Of a stretch of 64,000 nt of DNA, positions 18,737-28,648 are shown in pieces. The stretch covers positions 3,338 to 67,337 of IMG/VR virus record IMGVR_UViG_2919414237_000001, one strand, 5' to 3'. The translations under genes and the position numbers were made by a program. Source of the stretch: a virus (Duplodnaviria; Caudoviricetes). The notes below the pieces were generated by a model. That model had not been told where the DNA came from and searched no databases. It saw only the letters and a list, made by a program, of their open reading frames with translations. Positions within the stretch are counted from its first letter, which is position 1; every line of letters starts with the position of its first letter.

Positions 18737-19822
18737 TTAAGCTAAGTTTTTGATACGAGCGTGTGCTTTTTCTTGTTTAAACTCAAGAGTATATTCGCCT
18801 ACAAGAGTACCAGTAACATAGTCTCCTTGATCCCCTAAATATTTGTGAAAGAATTCACGCCCTACTAGTGGACGAACCGCCATACGGTTAGTGTCAACGA
18901 TCATCAATTCGTTAGCAGCAAGGTTATTGTTTAAAGAGATTTCGAATTGACCGAAGTCAGATACGAAGTGGTCAACTACTTGACCGCGAGTATTTTCGGA
19001 TTGCATAATGTAAAGCTTGTTGTTATCGAACGCAGAGATTGCGCGCTTTTGTTTCGCAGGAACTAGGATTTTGAAGTTTCCGCCACCGGCAAATCCGCCT
19101 TTTTCGTAGATTGCTTGTAAAGAGTCGTTTAGCAATGTCGCACTTACTGCCCCAGCAGCCGCATCAGTTACGTTAGATTGGATGAATGAACGAACACCAG
19201 CCATCTGACGAACGTTGCCGCTTTCGTATGCAACACCGTTGATAAGCGCTTTTTCTAATTGAAGAGCAAGTTCAAGCTGCTTCTTTTGCTTTTCGTACTC
19301 GTAAAGGTCGCTGATTCCGTATTGAGTAACCGCTTGAGCTGTTCCAGAAAGTTGGATAGCGTCATCGAAGATTTGAGTCTTGTTAGACTTTTGAGCGCGT
19401 GCTTTGTAACGTGCAGCGCGAGCGTCAGCGCCCTCAACGCCTTCGGAGAATTGGAATTCAACTTTCGCTTGGTCAGCGACAGCAGCCGCAGTAGTACCGG
19501 CATACGAGCGTACTACAGTAAGCGTGTTAGTAGCGATTGCAGTAACTTTTAATAGCTCATCGCCGATTTTGATAACGTCGTTTGCACGGAAGATAGAACC
19601 GTCAACTACAACGATAGAAGTATCAGTTGAAAGTTTAGCTCCGTTTACTTTTGTTTCGTCAGCGATCATTTCGTCTTCAAACCATTGGTGTGAAGTTTGC
19701 GTTACCGCTTCCGAAAATCCTAAAAGGTTTAAAAGTGGTGTTTGGTGCGGATTCAATAAAAGGATCTCGTCAACTACCGATTGTTTTTTGCCGATTAAAT
19801 CAGCGTTATAGATTTTTACCAT
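18737..19822 (-). CDS. Major capsid protein (DUF5309/SU10-like)
   Basis: TPLLNLLG, HQWFED, NKTQIF, VGEYTLE; follows the scaffold gene. Confidence 0.88.
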   Translation of the reverse strand: MVKIYNADLIGKKQSVVDEILLLNPHQTPLLNLLGFSEAVTQTSHQWFEDEMIADETKVNGAKLSTDTSIVVVDGSIFRANDVIKIGDELLKVTAIATNTLTVVRSYAGTTAAAVADQAKVEFQFSEGVEGADARAARYKARAQKSNKTQIFDDAIQLSGTAQAVTQYGISDLYEYEKQKKQLELALQLEKALINGVAYESGNVRQMAGVRSFIQSNVTDAAAGAVSATLLNDSLQAIYEKGGFAGGGNFKILVPAKQKRAISAFDNNKLYIMQSENTRGQVVDHFVSDFGQFEISLNNNLAANELMIVDTNRMAVRPLVGREFFHKYLGDQGDYVTGTLVGEYTLEFKQEKAHARIKNLA

Positions 19823-19859
19823 TGTTATTTTTCCCCCATTGTTTTAAATTTTTAAAGTA

Positions 19860-19887
19860 AAAAAGACGACCGTTTGGGTCGCCTGTC
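19860..19887 (-). terminator. Hairpin/terminator between scaffold and capsid genes
   Basis: AGGCGACC-CAAAC-GGUCGUCU followed by UUUU. Confidence 0.55.
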
Positions 19888-20556
19888 TTACTTTCCTAAT
19901 TGAACTTTTAATGCCGCGTATGCCATAAAGTCTTCGCGTTTTTGTGTACGTTTCGCCTTCTCGGCCGCCTCTCGCAATAATTGCTCGCTTGTCTTTTCGC
20001 TAGTGTCTCGATGCGAATTCGAAGGCTCGCCGATTGGCTTTTGCGGTTTCTTACTTTCGGCTAAAAAGCCGTATTGTTCAACAAGCGCACTCATCACGTC
20101 TTCCAAACCGTTAACCGCTCCGTCCTCGCCGATTGTTACGGCCGATAGATCCGCAAGTTTTAGAGCAGCATCGATTCGGTCAGCCGGGATGTTTGCGCCT
20201 GGTGCCGCCTTAATAAATTGATTCACAATTTGCTGGCGCTCGACTTTCGCTTGATATTCCTTTAGTTGGTTCGCGTAGTCGTTGCGCTCCGCTTCGAACT
20301 TTTTCGCCAATTCTTCCGCGCGTTCTTGCGCTGATAGCTCGGCGAGACGCTTTTCTTCGATCGCTTTTTCGTACTCGGATGCTTTCGTTTTTAGGTCGTC
20401 GTAATCAGCAAACTTGCTTTTAACGCGTCCTAATCGCTCCGATAAAATCTTATCGACTTCTTCCTGTGTGAACGTCTTTACTTCCGGTTTATTTTCCGGT
20501 ACCACTACCGTTTCTTGCTCTTTCACTACTTCGTTACTTGCGTTAATTTCGCTCAT
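19888..20556 (-). CDS. Capsid scaffolding protein
   Basis: KTFTQEEVDKILSERL; E/K/A-rich coiled coil. Confidence 0.88.
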   Translation of the reverse strand: MSEINASNEVVKEQETVVVPENKPEVKTFTQEEVDKILSERLGRVKSKFADYDDLKTKASEYEKAIEEKRLAELSAQERAEELAKKFEAERNDYANQLKEYQAKVERQQIVNQFIKAAPGANIPADRIDAALKLADLSAVTIGEDGAVNGLEDVMSALVEQYGFLAESKKPQKPIGEPSNSHRDTSEKTSEQLLREAAEKAKRTQKREDFMAYAALKVQLGK

Positions 20557-20637
20557 TGTAAAACCTCCGTTTGAGAGCCGTCGCTCATTAATTTAATCAT
20601 CCGAAAGTTTAACGCCATTTCGTAAGGCAATGAATCC

Positions 20638-21474
20638 TTAATCCACTTTTTTCAATTGTGTCTCATTTTTATCTGCGTGGCAGTCGTAGACATACTTCAC
20701 GTATTCAGGAACTGTCATTCTGTTAATTTCAGATAACCAACATACTAAACTATCAAATTTATCTTGTGATAAGTTATATCGCCCTTTGTTTAAATAAAAC
20801 CATTCAAATACATTCGAGTCATTCTTGCTCAAATTTAAATCATTACGTAACGGAATCATATTTCCGTAAATCGTCCCACAATGACCAGTTGCTAACGGGA
20901 TTACGTGGTCCCAATGGATTTCCTGTTCGCCAGTTAATGCACATCCGCCGTTAAATTTGTAAAGAATCTCGTTTAACTGCTCGTTGGTTACTGTATTTGG
21001 CAACTTCTTCTCTAAAGTTCTTCTTTTTGAATTTCTTAAAACATAAGTTTCCTTATTCAAAAGGTAATAACGTTTTAATCTTTCTTTTTCTTTGCTTTTG
21101 TTATGAGGTAGATTCCGGTAATAAAAACGCTTTTCAGAAATTTCTTTACGATACTTATCGTAATATTTCTTACTGAGCAATAAGTATTTTTCTCTGTCTC
21201 TTTTACTACGCATCTTTTGATACGCGCTTGTCTTATCCTTGTTGTTATCGCGCCATCTTTTGGAATTATGTCTTTCTTTCTCCCTTTGTTCAGATGTATG
21301 CCTAAATGCTTTACGGCAGATTACACAATCAGAGCGCCTACCTCCAACACCTGTCTTAAGTTTTGTAAACTCTGTTAAAGGTTTTTTCTCTTTGCATTTG
21401 GAACACTCTTTTACTAAAACTATTTCTCCGTTAATAATTACTTCTTCAATTACTACTCTCTTCGGCATAATCAA
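20638..21474 (-). CDS. Free-standing HNH endonuclease with N-terminal Zn finger
   Basis: KECSKC...SDCVIC; CALTG, WDHVIPL, GNMIPL, NLSKN; AT-rich. Confidence 0.88.
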   Translation of the reverse strand: MIMPKRVVIEEVIINGEIVLVKECSKCKEKKPLTEFTKLKTGVGGRRSDCVICRKAFRHTSEQREKERHNSKRWRDNNKDKTSAYQKMRSKRDREKYLLLSKKYYDKYRKEISEKRFYYRNLPHNKSKEKERLKRYYLLNKETYVLRNSKRRTLEKKLPNTVTNEQLNEILYKFNGGCALTGEQEIHWDHVIPLATGHCGTIYGNMIPLRNDLNLSKNDSNVFEWFYLNKGRYNLSQDKFDSLVCWLSEINRMTVPEYVKYVYDCHADKNETQLKKVD

Positions 21475-21576
21475 ACTCCTTAAGCCTGATTCCTTGGTAA
21501 GAAAGCCGTGAAGGACATCGAGGTCATGTCTTTTCGATTCGCGAAATCTGTCACGGCAAAATAAAAAAAAAGACCG

Positions 21577-22401
21577 CTATTCATAACGGTCAGGTCTGCG
21601 TATTGGTGAAACTGTGTGCCGACATCTTGGATGAAATATTTCACGCCCCGGCAAATCGCCAATATACGGATAATCTCCGGGCGCATCCGCGACCAGTTTC
21701 ACGATTCTGCCTTCCCAATTTCGGCACGCATCTTTTGCTCCGTGGCTCGATATTTGCCCGTAGTAAGCCTCGCGATCAACTGCCTCATTTATCGTCGCAT
21801 CCATCGTCATGCGCATCATTTTTGTGCGACTTAGCATATCGACGTAAACTTTCGGGTCCCAGCGTCGCCCTGCCGAATCGATTATTCCGGTGTTAAGCGA
21901 ATCGCCAAGCTTTCCACGAAGCCCCGCCATAATGTCCGCATTCATAGTCCGACGACCGTTAATTCCTTGCGCTAAGTTTTGGCGCATTGCCTCTCCGACT
22001 ACTTGTCGAACTGTCGCCTTAACTCGCCGCTCTACGTTCTGTGTCACCGCAAGCAAGTCCGCTTGTGTGTCCGCAACAGCCGCCGCGACTAATTCCTTGT
22101 TAACGCGATTAAACTTAACGATTTGCATCGCTTCAGCAGCCGTATTAACAACGCCAAGCGCCACGATTGCGTCAGCAACACCAGCTCGCGCCGCCATCGG
22201 GATATTATCCGCCACCCACTGCGCCGCATCTTCGTTAAGCCCCTTCAGAATGTCCGCGATATTTTTAAGCGTCGCCAACTGATTAGCACGCGAAAAGTCC
22301 GATAAATCAAAACGGTCGAGTTCGGACTTAATCCGCTCGACCGCTTGTTTGTAATATCGCACTAGCTCTTCGACTTGTTTATCGTAATTATGCTCCGCCA
22401 T
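21577..22401 (-). CDS. Minor capsid/head morphogenesis protein
   Basis: DSAGRRWDPKVYVDMLSRT; SSHGAKDACRNWEG; FHPRCRH. Confidence 0.88.
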   Translation of the reverse strand: MAEHNYDKQVEELVRYYKQAVERIKSELDRFDLSDFSRANQLATLKNIADILKGLNEDAAQWVADNIPMAARAGVADAIVALGVVNTAAEAMQIVKFNRVNKELVAAAVADTQADLLAVTQNVERRVKATVRQVVGEAMRQNLAQGINGRRTMNADIMAGLRGKLGDSLNTGIIDSAGRRWDPKVYVDMLSRTKMMRMTMDATINEAVDREAYYGQISSHGAKDACRNWEGRIVKLVADAPGDYPYIGDLPGREIFHPRCRHTVSPIRRPDRYE

Positions 22402-23986
22402 TTCCTACACCGCCGGAGCCTTCGTTAAATATCGATGCGTCAACCGTTCCCATTGTGCGCTGCTCATCCGCATCAATCCGGTCGATGATTTCGCGTGCCT
22501 TTTCGTCATCAACCGCATCCTGACGTTTAATTGCGCTCTGCACGTCAATCGTAGGTTTATTACCTGTACGGATAGCCATGATTTCGGCTTCTTCTTTTAA
22601 ATTCTTCGGTATCCCATCAGACCAGTTGATTGTCGGATAAACCGGTTCGAAATCATAGTCTCCGTGTGCTATGTCTAATAATTGACAAATCCATAACGCG
22701 TCTCTTAGCGCTTTATCATAATGAGTACGAATTCTTTTTATTTTGCTAATTATAGGCATGAAGCGAGCCTTAATTGCGGCAGAATCGGTATGACTCGTTC
22801 CTCCTCCGCTGGAGTTGTCGCCTAATACAGTTCCAAACAACCATTGCGGAGTCTCAGCGATTTGGAAGACCAGTGAAATTAATACCTCGAGTTCCTTAAA
22901 CGCGGAATCTAATTGACCGCTAAAATCCATATAGCCCGGCGTTGCATCCTCTTTCGTAACCGGAATATACGCGCCACTTAATCGGACTTGAGTTTCACCA
23001 CTTCCGGTATCTAATTCCGGACCGTACGCAGTTGGGTCGGAATTTTTCATGAGCACGTAATCAATTGCAACGACACGATCGTTTATCGCAGCTAATAACG
23101 ATTCTAATTTTTCAAGTCCTCCGACGCCTTCCCAATCGTCATCAACGCTCTTATACGGGATGTGATGAACGAGCAAGTACGGAACGCCCGTCGGAACTAC
23201 GTCCTCTTCGCGCCCTGTCGGAACTTTTTCGCCAATCTTGTAGACTTGCAACGGATAGCCCCAACGCGTATCAATACCGCCCTCATATTCGAATAAGCGA
23301 TAGCGTTCGTAAATAATATAGCCTGGCACATGGCGCTCAACGTTCAAGAACGGCTTTTCGTCGTTTGCACTAACCACGTACTCAACCGTCGCAATATTAA
23401 CCGCCTTAAATGACTTAATGTTTCCGCGAGATGTTTCCGGGAACACGCATTCAGCGCTAATGTGCTCGATAATCGGCTCCATTTCTACGTCGGGCAGCTC
23501 AGCACCCAAGCGCAATAATTCCGAGTAATCAATGCGCGAACCGTAACGCGTTTTAATCCACGCATCACCGCGATAACCGTTGCCGGTCGTGCTTTCGTGG
23601 ATTAGTTTAACGAGGTCGTTTTCCTCGACGTAACGATTGACCGCGACCTGTTGATCGCTATTGTCCGGTAGGCCCGATTCAAAACTCGGGGGCTCTCCGA
23701 CAAGTAGATCAGCCGGCTTGGTTACGATGATGTCCGCTAAGTTCACCGCAATATATAACTGCTCGAGCTGTTTCGCGTGTGGCGTGTCTTTTAAGATGGC
23801 CGACGCCCTTTCGTATACTTCGAATTGCTTCCCTTGAAACAACTTCTTCAAGCGCTTGTATTTCGAAATACGCTCACGGTCAGCAATCGGAGGAAACTCC
23901 TCGCCAGGCTGAAACGAATTATACGTATATGTGGTTTGATTTTCCGCTAATTTTTCAACTTCCGCTTTACTATTAAACCCAAGCAA
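22388..23986 (-). CDS. Portal protein, SPP1 gp6-like
   Basis: NLADIIVTKPADLLVGE, VHHIPY, IETPQWLFG-like segment; size and position. Confidence 0.88.
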   Translation of the reverse strand: MLGFNSKAEVEKLAENQTTYTYNSFQPGEEFPPIADRERISKYKRLKKLFQGKQFEVYERASAILKDTPHAKQLEQLYIAVNLADIIVTKPADLLVGEPPSFESGLPDNSDQQVAVNRYVEENDLVKLIHESTTGNGYRGDAWIKTRYGSRIDYSELLRLGAELPDVEMEPIIEHISAECVFPETSRGNIKSFKAVNIATVEYVVSANDEKPFLNVERHVPGYIIYERYRLFEYEGGIDTRWGYPLQVYKIGEKVPTGREEDVVPTGVPYLLVHHIPYKSVDDDWEGVGGLEKLESLLAAINDRVVAIDYVLMKNSDPTAYGPELDTGSGETQVRLSGAYIPVTKEDATPGYMDFSGQLDSAFKELEVLISLVFQIAETPQWLFGTVLGDNSSGGGTSHTDSAAIKARFMPIISKIKRIRTHYDKALRDALWICQLLDIAHGDYDFEPVYPTINWSDGIPKNLKEEAEIMAIRTGNKPTIDVQSAIKRQDAVDDEKAREIIDRIDADEQRTMGTVDASIFNEGSGGVGNGGA

Positions 23987-24008
23987 GTGGCGCCCCTCCT
24001 TTCGCTAT

Positions 24009-24446
24009 CTAGTCGCCTAATAAATCGTCCAATTCTTCGAGCTCGCGCGCTAAGTCTTCATTGCTACGTGCTGAACTGTTGTCAACCGTTTCAATTTGTG
24101 TTTTCTGCGTAAGTAGTCCGTAGCGTTGCAGATAAAGTGAAATTGCCTTGACTGAAGGCTGGTTCGAGTTAATCAATTTCATTAACTGACCGTAAACTCC
24201 GGATCGATACTCCGCAAAAAAGTCGTCTGCAAGTTCGTTTTTATAGTCGATGAAATTGCGATTCTGTTTCCGCCAGCTCCACAACGTTTTGTACGTAACC
24301 CCGACTTCATCTGCGATTTGTTCTTGCGTTTTCTTGTCGCCACCATCGCGCAAATCATTTTCAACTAATAAAAAAGCCGCCTTCTGTTGAGGTAGCGTTA
24401 ACTTTGCTTCGAGTTCTTTTAACTTTTTAGATGCCATTTCGTTCAC
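24009..24446 (-). CDS. phBC6A51-family HTH protein, putative small terminase subunit
   Basis: TQEQIADEVGVTYKTLWSWRK; SVKAISLYLQRYGLL. Confidence 0.75.
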   Translation of the reverse strand: MNEMASKKLKELEAKLTLPQQKAAFLLVENDLRDGGDKKTQEQIADEVGVTYKTLWSWRKQNRNFIDYKNELADDFFAEYRSGVYGQLMKLINSNQPSVKAISLYLQRYGLLTQKTQIETVDNSSARSNEDLARELEELDDLLGD

Positions 24447-24453
24447 CTCCGTT

Positions 24454-25536
24454 TTATAAATAACTTGGCTTTTTACCGACCGCTGCTTTCGGTCTTTTTA
24501 CGGCTTCAACTGCCATATTTAATGCGTCAGGTCCGTCATCATGCCAGCGCGAACCGTAGCGCTCAAAGTGCTCGAGCAAAATTGCATGATCTCGATTAAA
24601 TACGATGTTTCCGTTTTCTATGTCGGGCAGCATCGCCTCGATACGGAGTTCTTTCCGCTGGCGTTGCTGAATTTTCTTTACGCGATTATGTGCCGGATAG
24701 CCGACGAACTGGAGCGCTTCTTTCAATTTATCAACGAAAAACTCTTGCGCCATTTGTGCTTCAGCGCCAATAATGTCCGGCTGGTACTCTTTAACTTTGC
24801 GCGTTATGATTTCAAGGAATTTATCCGGATGCAAGCGCTCGATAAACGCATCCACTACGTATGTCTTCTTCGTAATTTTATGCTTAGCGACGGTCACTAG
24901 CGCCGAATAGTCGCCCTTCTGTTTACCCATCGCAAAATCGAGTCCCATTCCGATATAGAAGTCCTTATGCGAAAATGTCCGCCCGCTATCGTAGTAGTAA
25001 AACCGATCCGGATGGAATATTTGCGACTCTTCGTCGAGTGGGTTATTCATAAATTCCGTATTGAACGCCTTGGACCCGTAGTTAACCTTTTCGAGAAATA
25101 AATTCGTTAACGGGAATCGGTCGGGCCATAACACTTTCGCCCCTTCGTCCATTGCTTCGCGATTTTCTTCGTAAAAGTTAAGCGCCGCTCTTGCGTTAGA
25201 CGTGGCCGTTTCTTCTTCCGCGTTTTCCATTTCGGCAAGCTCCGCCTCGGTCGGCTGGTACTCTTTATAGATGCGCTCAAACTCCGCCCAAAGGTCCATG
25301 CGTTTAGGCCATTCGATAATTGCCGGGAATTTATTCTTAATAAAGTCGCGACGTTCGGTAAGTACGTAATTAAGCAAGGAATCGACATGCACTAGCGTTC
25401 CCATAAAGATAACGGCTGTCTGCGTTGGATCATATGCCGGCATTAAGTCCTGGTTAAGCCAGTCTTTCGCTTTCTGACGGAGCTCGGGCGTATTATTAGA
25501 GTCCCGCGACTCCAAGTCATCGAGTAAGATTAAATC
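24454..25536 (-). CDS. terL: Large terminase, exon 2 (Walker B and nuclease domain)
   Basis: DLILLDDLE, FMGT, EFMNNP, DFAMG, HDDGPDA. Confidence 0.92.
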   Translation of the reverse strand, partial: DLILLDDLESRDSNNTPELRQKAKDWLNQDLMPAYDPTQTAVIFMGTLVHVDSLLNYVLTERRDFIKNKFPAIIEWPKRMDLWAEFERIYKEYQPTEAELAEMENAEEETATSNARAALNFYEENREAMDEGAKVLWPDRFPLTNLFLEKVNYGSKAFNTEFMNNPLDEESQIFHPDRFYYYDSGRTFSHKDFYIGMGLDFAMGKQKGDYSALVTVAKHKITKKTYVVDAFIERLHPDKFLEIITRKVKEYQPDIIGAEAQMAQEFFVDKLKEALQFVGYPAHNRVKKIQQRQRKELRIEAMLPDIENGNIVFNRDHAILLEHFERYGSRWHDDGPDALNMAVEAVKRPKAAVGKKPSYL

Positions 25537-25794
25537 CATTCCGTTCTATCAGCGCAGTTTAAACGCTCTCTCCGCTTTTCCATCGTCGGAGTGTCGGACT
25601 ATATCTTCACCGTCGTCTTTACGTTACGGTGGGACGCTTTCGTGGAGGTTTCTGCGTTTCTCGCTTACCGCCTCTAGTCTCTACACCTTCCGCACATTCC
25701 TGTACGGCTTGGCTCGGTATTAGCCGTTTATGGAGGCCTTCACCGAATTAACGCCCTCTAGTTACGAAGTTTCCAACGTAACGCCCAATTTAAT
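25537..25794 (-). ncRNA. ORF-less group I intron (258 nt) in terL
   Basis: 5' exon ends in U, intron ends in G; P (AAUUCGGUGAA), Q (AAUACCGAGCC), R (UGUAGAGACUAGA), S (AAGAUAUAGUCC); P10 AUUAAAUU pairs with exon GAUUUAAU; splicing restores QRP|DLILLDD. Confidence 0.93.
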
Positions 25795-26475
25795 AGGCCT
25801 TTGTGAACCATTTCTAAAACCACGAATTTGCGTTCCGAGCGAAGTTGCTTCCATCTTAATATTCGTCGTCGTTAAAAACGCCTCTTCGCTGTCCTTCTCA
25901 TTTCGCGTTTTCTGTTCGTGCAATAAGACGCCAAAGTCTTCGCGAAGTTTAAGGTTATATTTCAGTTGGCCGGCGACCCATTTTATGAACTTCTTTGACC
26001 CCGCGTTTGTTTCCGAAATAATGAGGATCATTTTCCGCTTGCGAAACGCGATTTCATGAACCGGAAAGGCATTCGATAGGTATGCGGATTTTGCGTGTCC
26101 CCGGCTGGCCGCCCATGCAATACGTGCCGTCCTGTTACGATTCGATACTGCGTCGAGTATCCGTGAAAGTTTAACGTGAAAGTCGGGCGCATCATCCATG
26201 TCAACGCGACTAGTCGGTACGAGGTTATCCGGATTGCCCGGGTTCCGCGCTTCCGAAAAATATTCGTAAAAGAAGTAAAGCATATCGACTTCGGCACGAT
26301 GTACCCGCTTGAGTCGTGTTAACTCCGCTTTATCCGTGCGGAATGTTTCGATATGATAGTCGGTTGCTTTTCCGGACTTAATTGCGGAAGCTAATTTACG
26401 AATGCGTTCCGTTAATAAGTCGATGCGTTGTTGCCGTTGGTCGCGCGTTATCCATTCGCCGTTTACCATCGCCAT
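25795..26475 (-). CDS. terL: Large terminase, exon 1 (ATPase, Walker A region)
   Basis: ASRGHAKS; GTQIRGFRNGSQRP; 227 codons in frame with exon 2 after splicing. Confidence 0.92.
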
Positions 26476-26912
26476 ATGATGCGTCCCTCCTTTCTATGTA
26501 TCCGAGATTCCAACCGTTAGGCATGCGGTTAGACACCTCGAGTTCAAAAAATTGTAGCGCAGTTTTTCTGACCAAACCGGCGGTCCCACGCCAGGGCGGT
26601 TGGGGGACACGGTTCGACATGCGCCATGATGTATAGCGTTGTATATTCATACGTACATTACGGCGTAAAATATGATTTTGACGAACTAATCGCATAAACA
26701 AACGTTGTCATATCAACGCTGGATCACTACGCAGATAATAAGCGTATGCATTCGTTTATACATTGGCGTTATATCAACGTTTAGCTGCGCCATGACTACG
26801 ATTATTTCCCTGCGTTTATGTATAATGAATAGCGTTCGACCCCTTGAGTTTCGACAAGGCGTCCGCTCCGGCGGCTTCGTGTTGATGCGCCCGCCTATTC
26901 GCTATCATATCG

Positions 26913-27092
26913 CTAAGGCTTAAGCACCCGCATAATGAGTAGTACAATAGGCCACCCGAATACCAACGGAATGCTATCCCGTACATTTCTCAACCTACTA
27001 TCCGCCTGCACAAACGCAAAGTTTATCGTAACTACTACCGCTATCCCTACGGCAATATAAACGCCAATAATCGCTAGAATAATCGTTAACAT
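26913..27092 (-). CDS. Small membrane protein (59 aa)
   Basis: GGAGGAG RBS; MLTIILAIIGVYIAVG... hydrophobic; not in the ORF track. Confidence 0.6.
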   Translation of the reverse strand: MLTIILAIIGVYIAVGIAVVVTINFAFVQADSRLRNVRDSIPLVFGWPIVLLIMRVLKP

Positions 27093-27479
27093 GATCGGCT
27101 GGCTCCTCCGTTCTTACTTACGCTGCATTACCGCTACCCCTACGCAATAAGACGAGTTTCTTCTATATAAATACATTCCGGATATGTTAGCGTAATATAA
27201 GGCAGATTCGTACCGTTATTGTTAACGTAATATGTATTACGCAATATTACCTCTTCGTACTATAGACCGCGAAACAACGGATTTTACAAGCTAGCATTAC
27301 GCAGTCATTACCGAGAAGTCTTACGACTTCATAAACCCTTGTAGTCCGGCGCTGCCGTCCTACTACTATTCATACCTTTTCGCTGGTCTTTAAAAAGCGT
27401 AAGCAATAAAACGGAAGGGTGGCGCCGAACGTATTTAGAGAGGCGCAAGGTCCTATAAGAAAAGAGGAAGTATGCGCCT

Positions 27480-27577
27480 AAAAGTGCCGTCAGCCCTACG
27501 GAGAGTAAGCGCGAAGGCACTTTTAAACTATGACATATTACCGCCAAAATCGCCGTTAGAATGACATATTACCGCCA
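27480..27577. repeat. 9-bp inverted repeat plus two 17-bp direct repeats
   Basis: AAAAGTGCC/GGCACTTTT at 27480-27524; ATGACATATTACCGCCA at 27530 and 27561. Confidence 0.85.
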
Positions 27578-27580
27578 CGC

Positions 27581-28462
27581 CTAAAACGGAAGGTCTTCGA
27601 TATCCACTAGCGCCTGACTAACGCCCCTCTTCGACTGTTCGAATTGCATGCGCACAAACTCCGTTAACTCATCGTAATCGACCTTTTTGCGGAACATCAC
27701 GTCGGGATTAATTCGGTAAAGCTGCCCGCCGAACGATTGCAACGACATAATAAAGCCGTGCGATATTAGCTCCTTCATCGCTTTGTTTACGAGGTCACGA
27801 TCGACATTTACCAGGTCCGCGAATTGACGGTGCGACATATGCGTTATTTTCATTTCGTCCGTTTCCTCCGGATTGATGCTGAGATAGTAATGCGCATAAT
27901 TAAAGAACGGAAGCATCTTGTATAGAATGCCCGCTGTCTGAATCGAAATCTTAGCGATGTCCGTCCGCGTTTTAACCTGGTAAAGCTTCGTATAGAACGT
28001 GTCGCGGACGTATTTACCGATTGAATGATACTCTTCATTAACGCAATAAACGACCGTGCGCCCTTCGCACTCTTTTGACATGACGCCCACCTCGACCATC
28101 TTATTGATAAGACGAATAGTTTGGCGCTCACTTTTTCCGATTGCTTTGGCGGCGAGTTTCGTTGTCATGCGTTCTTTACCGCTGAATAGTTGACCACCCG
28201 TGTTCATACGCAAATATGGAAGCAATTTCATCAGTGCGCCAAGCTCGTTAACGTCAAGCAAATCGTTAAGCTCCGCAACCTTATCGTGGTAGCAGTTGAC
28301 GTAATAACGGATTGGACCACGTTCAGCGGCCTCCTTACGTTTCTTACTCTCGCGCCATTGTTCTAATTCTTCGCGTGGTACTGCGGAAACCTCGTCCTCA
28401 TATCCATAGACAATCATTTTACCCGTTTCCGGATCGTGGTATTTTTGAATAGCGTTACTCAT
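27581..28462 (-). CDS. Tandem winged-HTH protein, RepL-like
   Basis: ELGALMKLLPY, LAAKAIGKSERQTIRLINKM, FADLVNVDRDLVNKAMKELI, YRINPDVMF. Confidence 0.7.
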   Translation of the reverse strand: MSNAIQKYHDPETGKMIVYGYEDEVSAVPREELEQWRESKKRKEAAERGPIRYYVNCYHDKVAELNDLLDVNELGALMKLLPYLRMNTGGQLFSGKERMTTKLAAKAIGKSERQTIRLINKMVEVGVMSKECEGRTVVYCVNEEYHSIGKYVRDTFYTKLYQVKTRTDIAKISIQTAGILYKMLPFFNYAHYYLSINPEETDEMKITHMSHRQFADLVNVDRDLVNKAMKELISHGFIMSLQSFGGQLYRINPDVMFRKKVDYDELTEFVRMQFEQSKRGVSQALVDIEDLPF

Positions 28463-28535
28463 TAATATTCCTCCCCATAATAAAAAGCCCGCCGAGGCGA
28501 GCGTGGTAGTTTCGTATTTGATTCGTAGTGCGAAT

Positions 28536-28643
28536 TTACTCTGCTTCGGCTAATGCCTTGCATCTCTCACAAACATCCCAAATAAAATCTTGATATTCCA
28601 CTTTTGTTGTAGCATCTTCGCCCATACAAAGTTCACAATTCAT
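28536..28643 (-). CDS. Micro zinc-finger protein (35 aa)
   Basis: MNCELC...VCERC; AAGGAG RBS. Confidence 0.5.
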   Translation of the reverse strand: MNCELCMGEDATTKVEYQDFIWDVCERCKALAEAE

Positions 28644-28648
28644 TATTT

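Noticed and set aside
25730-26059. Plus-strand ORF overlapping the intron, considered as an intron-encoded nuclease
   Set aside because: Antisense to terL, no nuclease motif, and mostly outside the 258-nt intron.
24454-26475. terL as a frameshifted pseudogene or two separate genes
   Set aside because: The group I intron explains the break and splicing restores the frame exactly.
26396-26923. ORFs 26396-26701 (-) and 26705-26923 (+)
   Set aside because: No RBS or recognisable motifs; the first overlaps the terL start out of frame.
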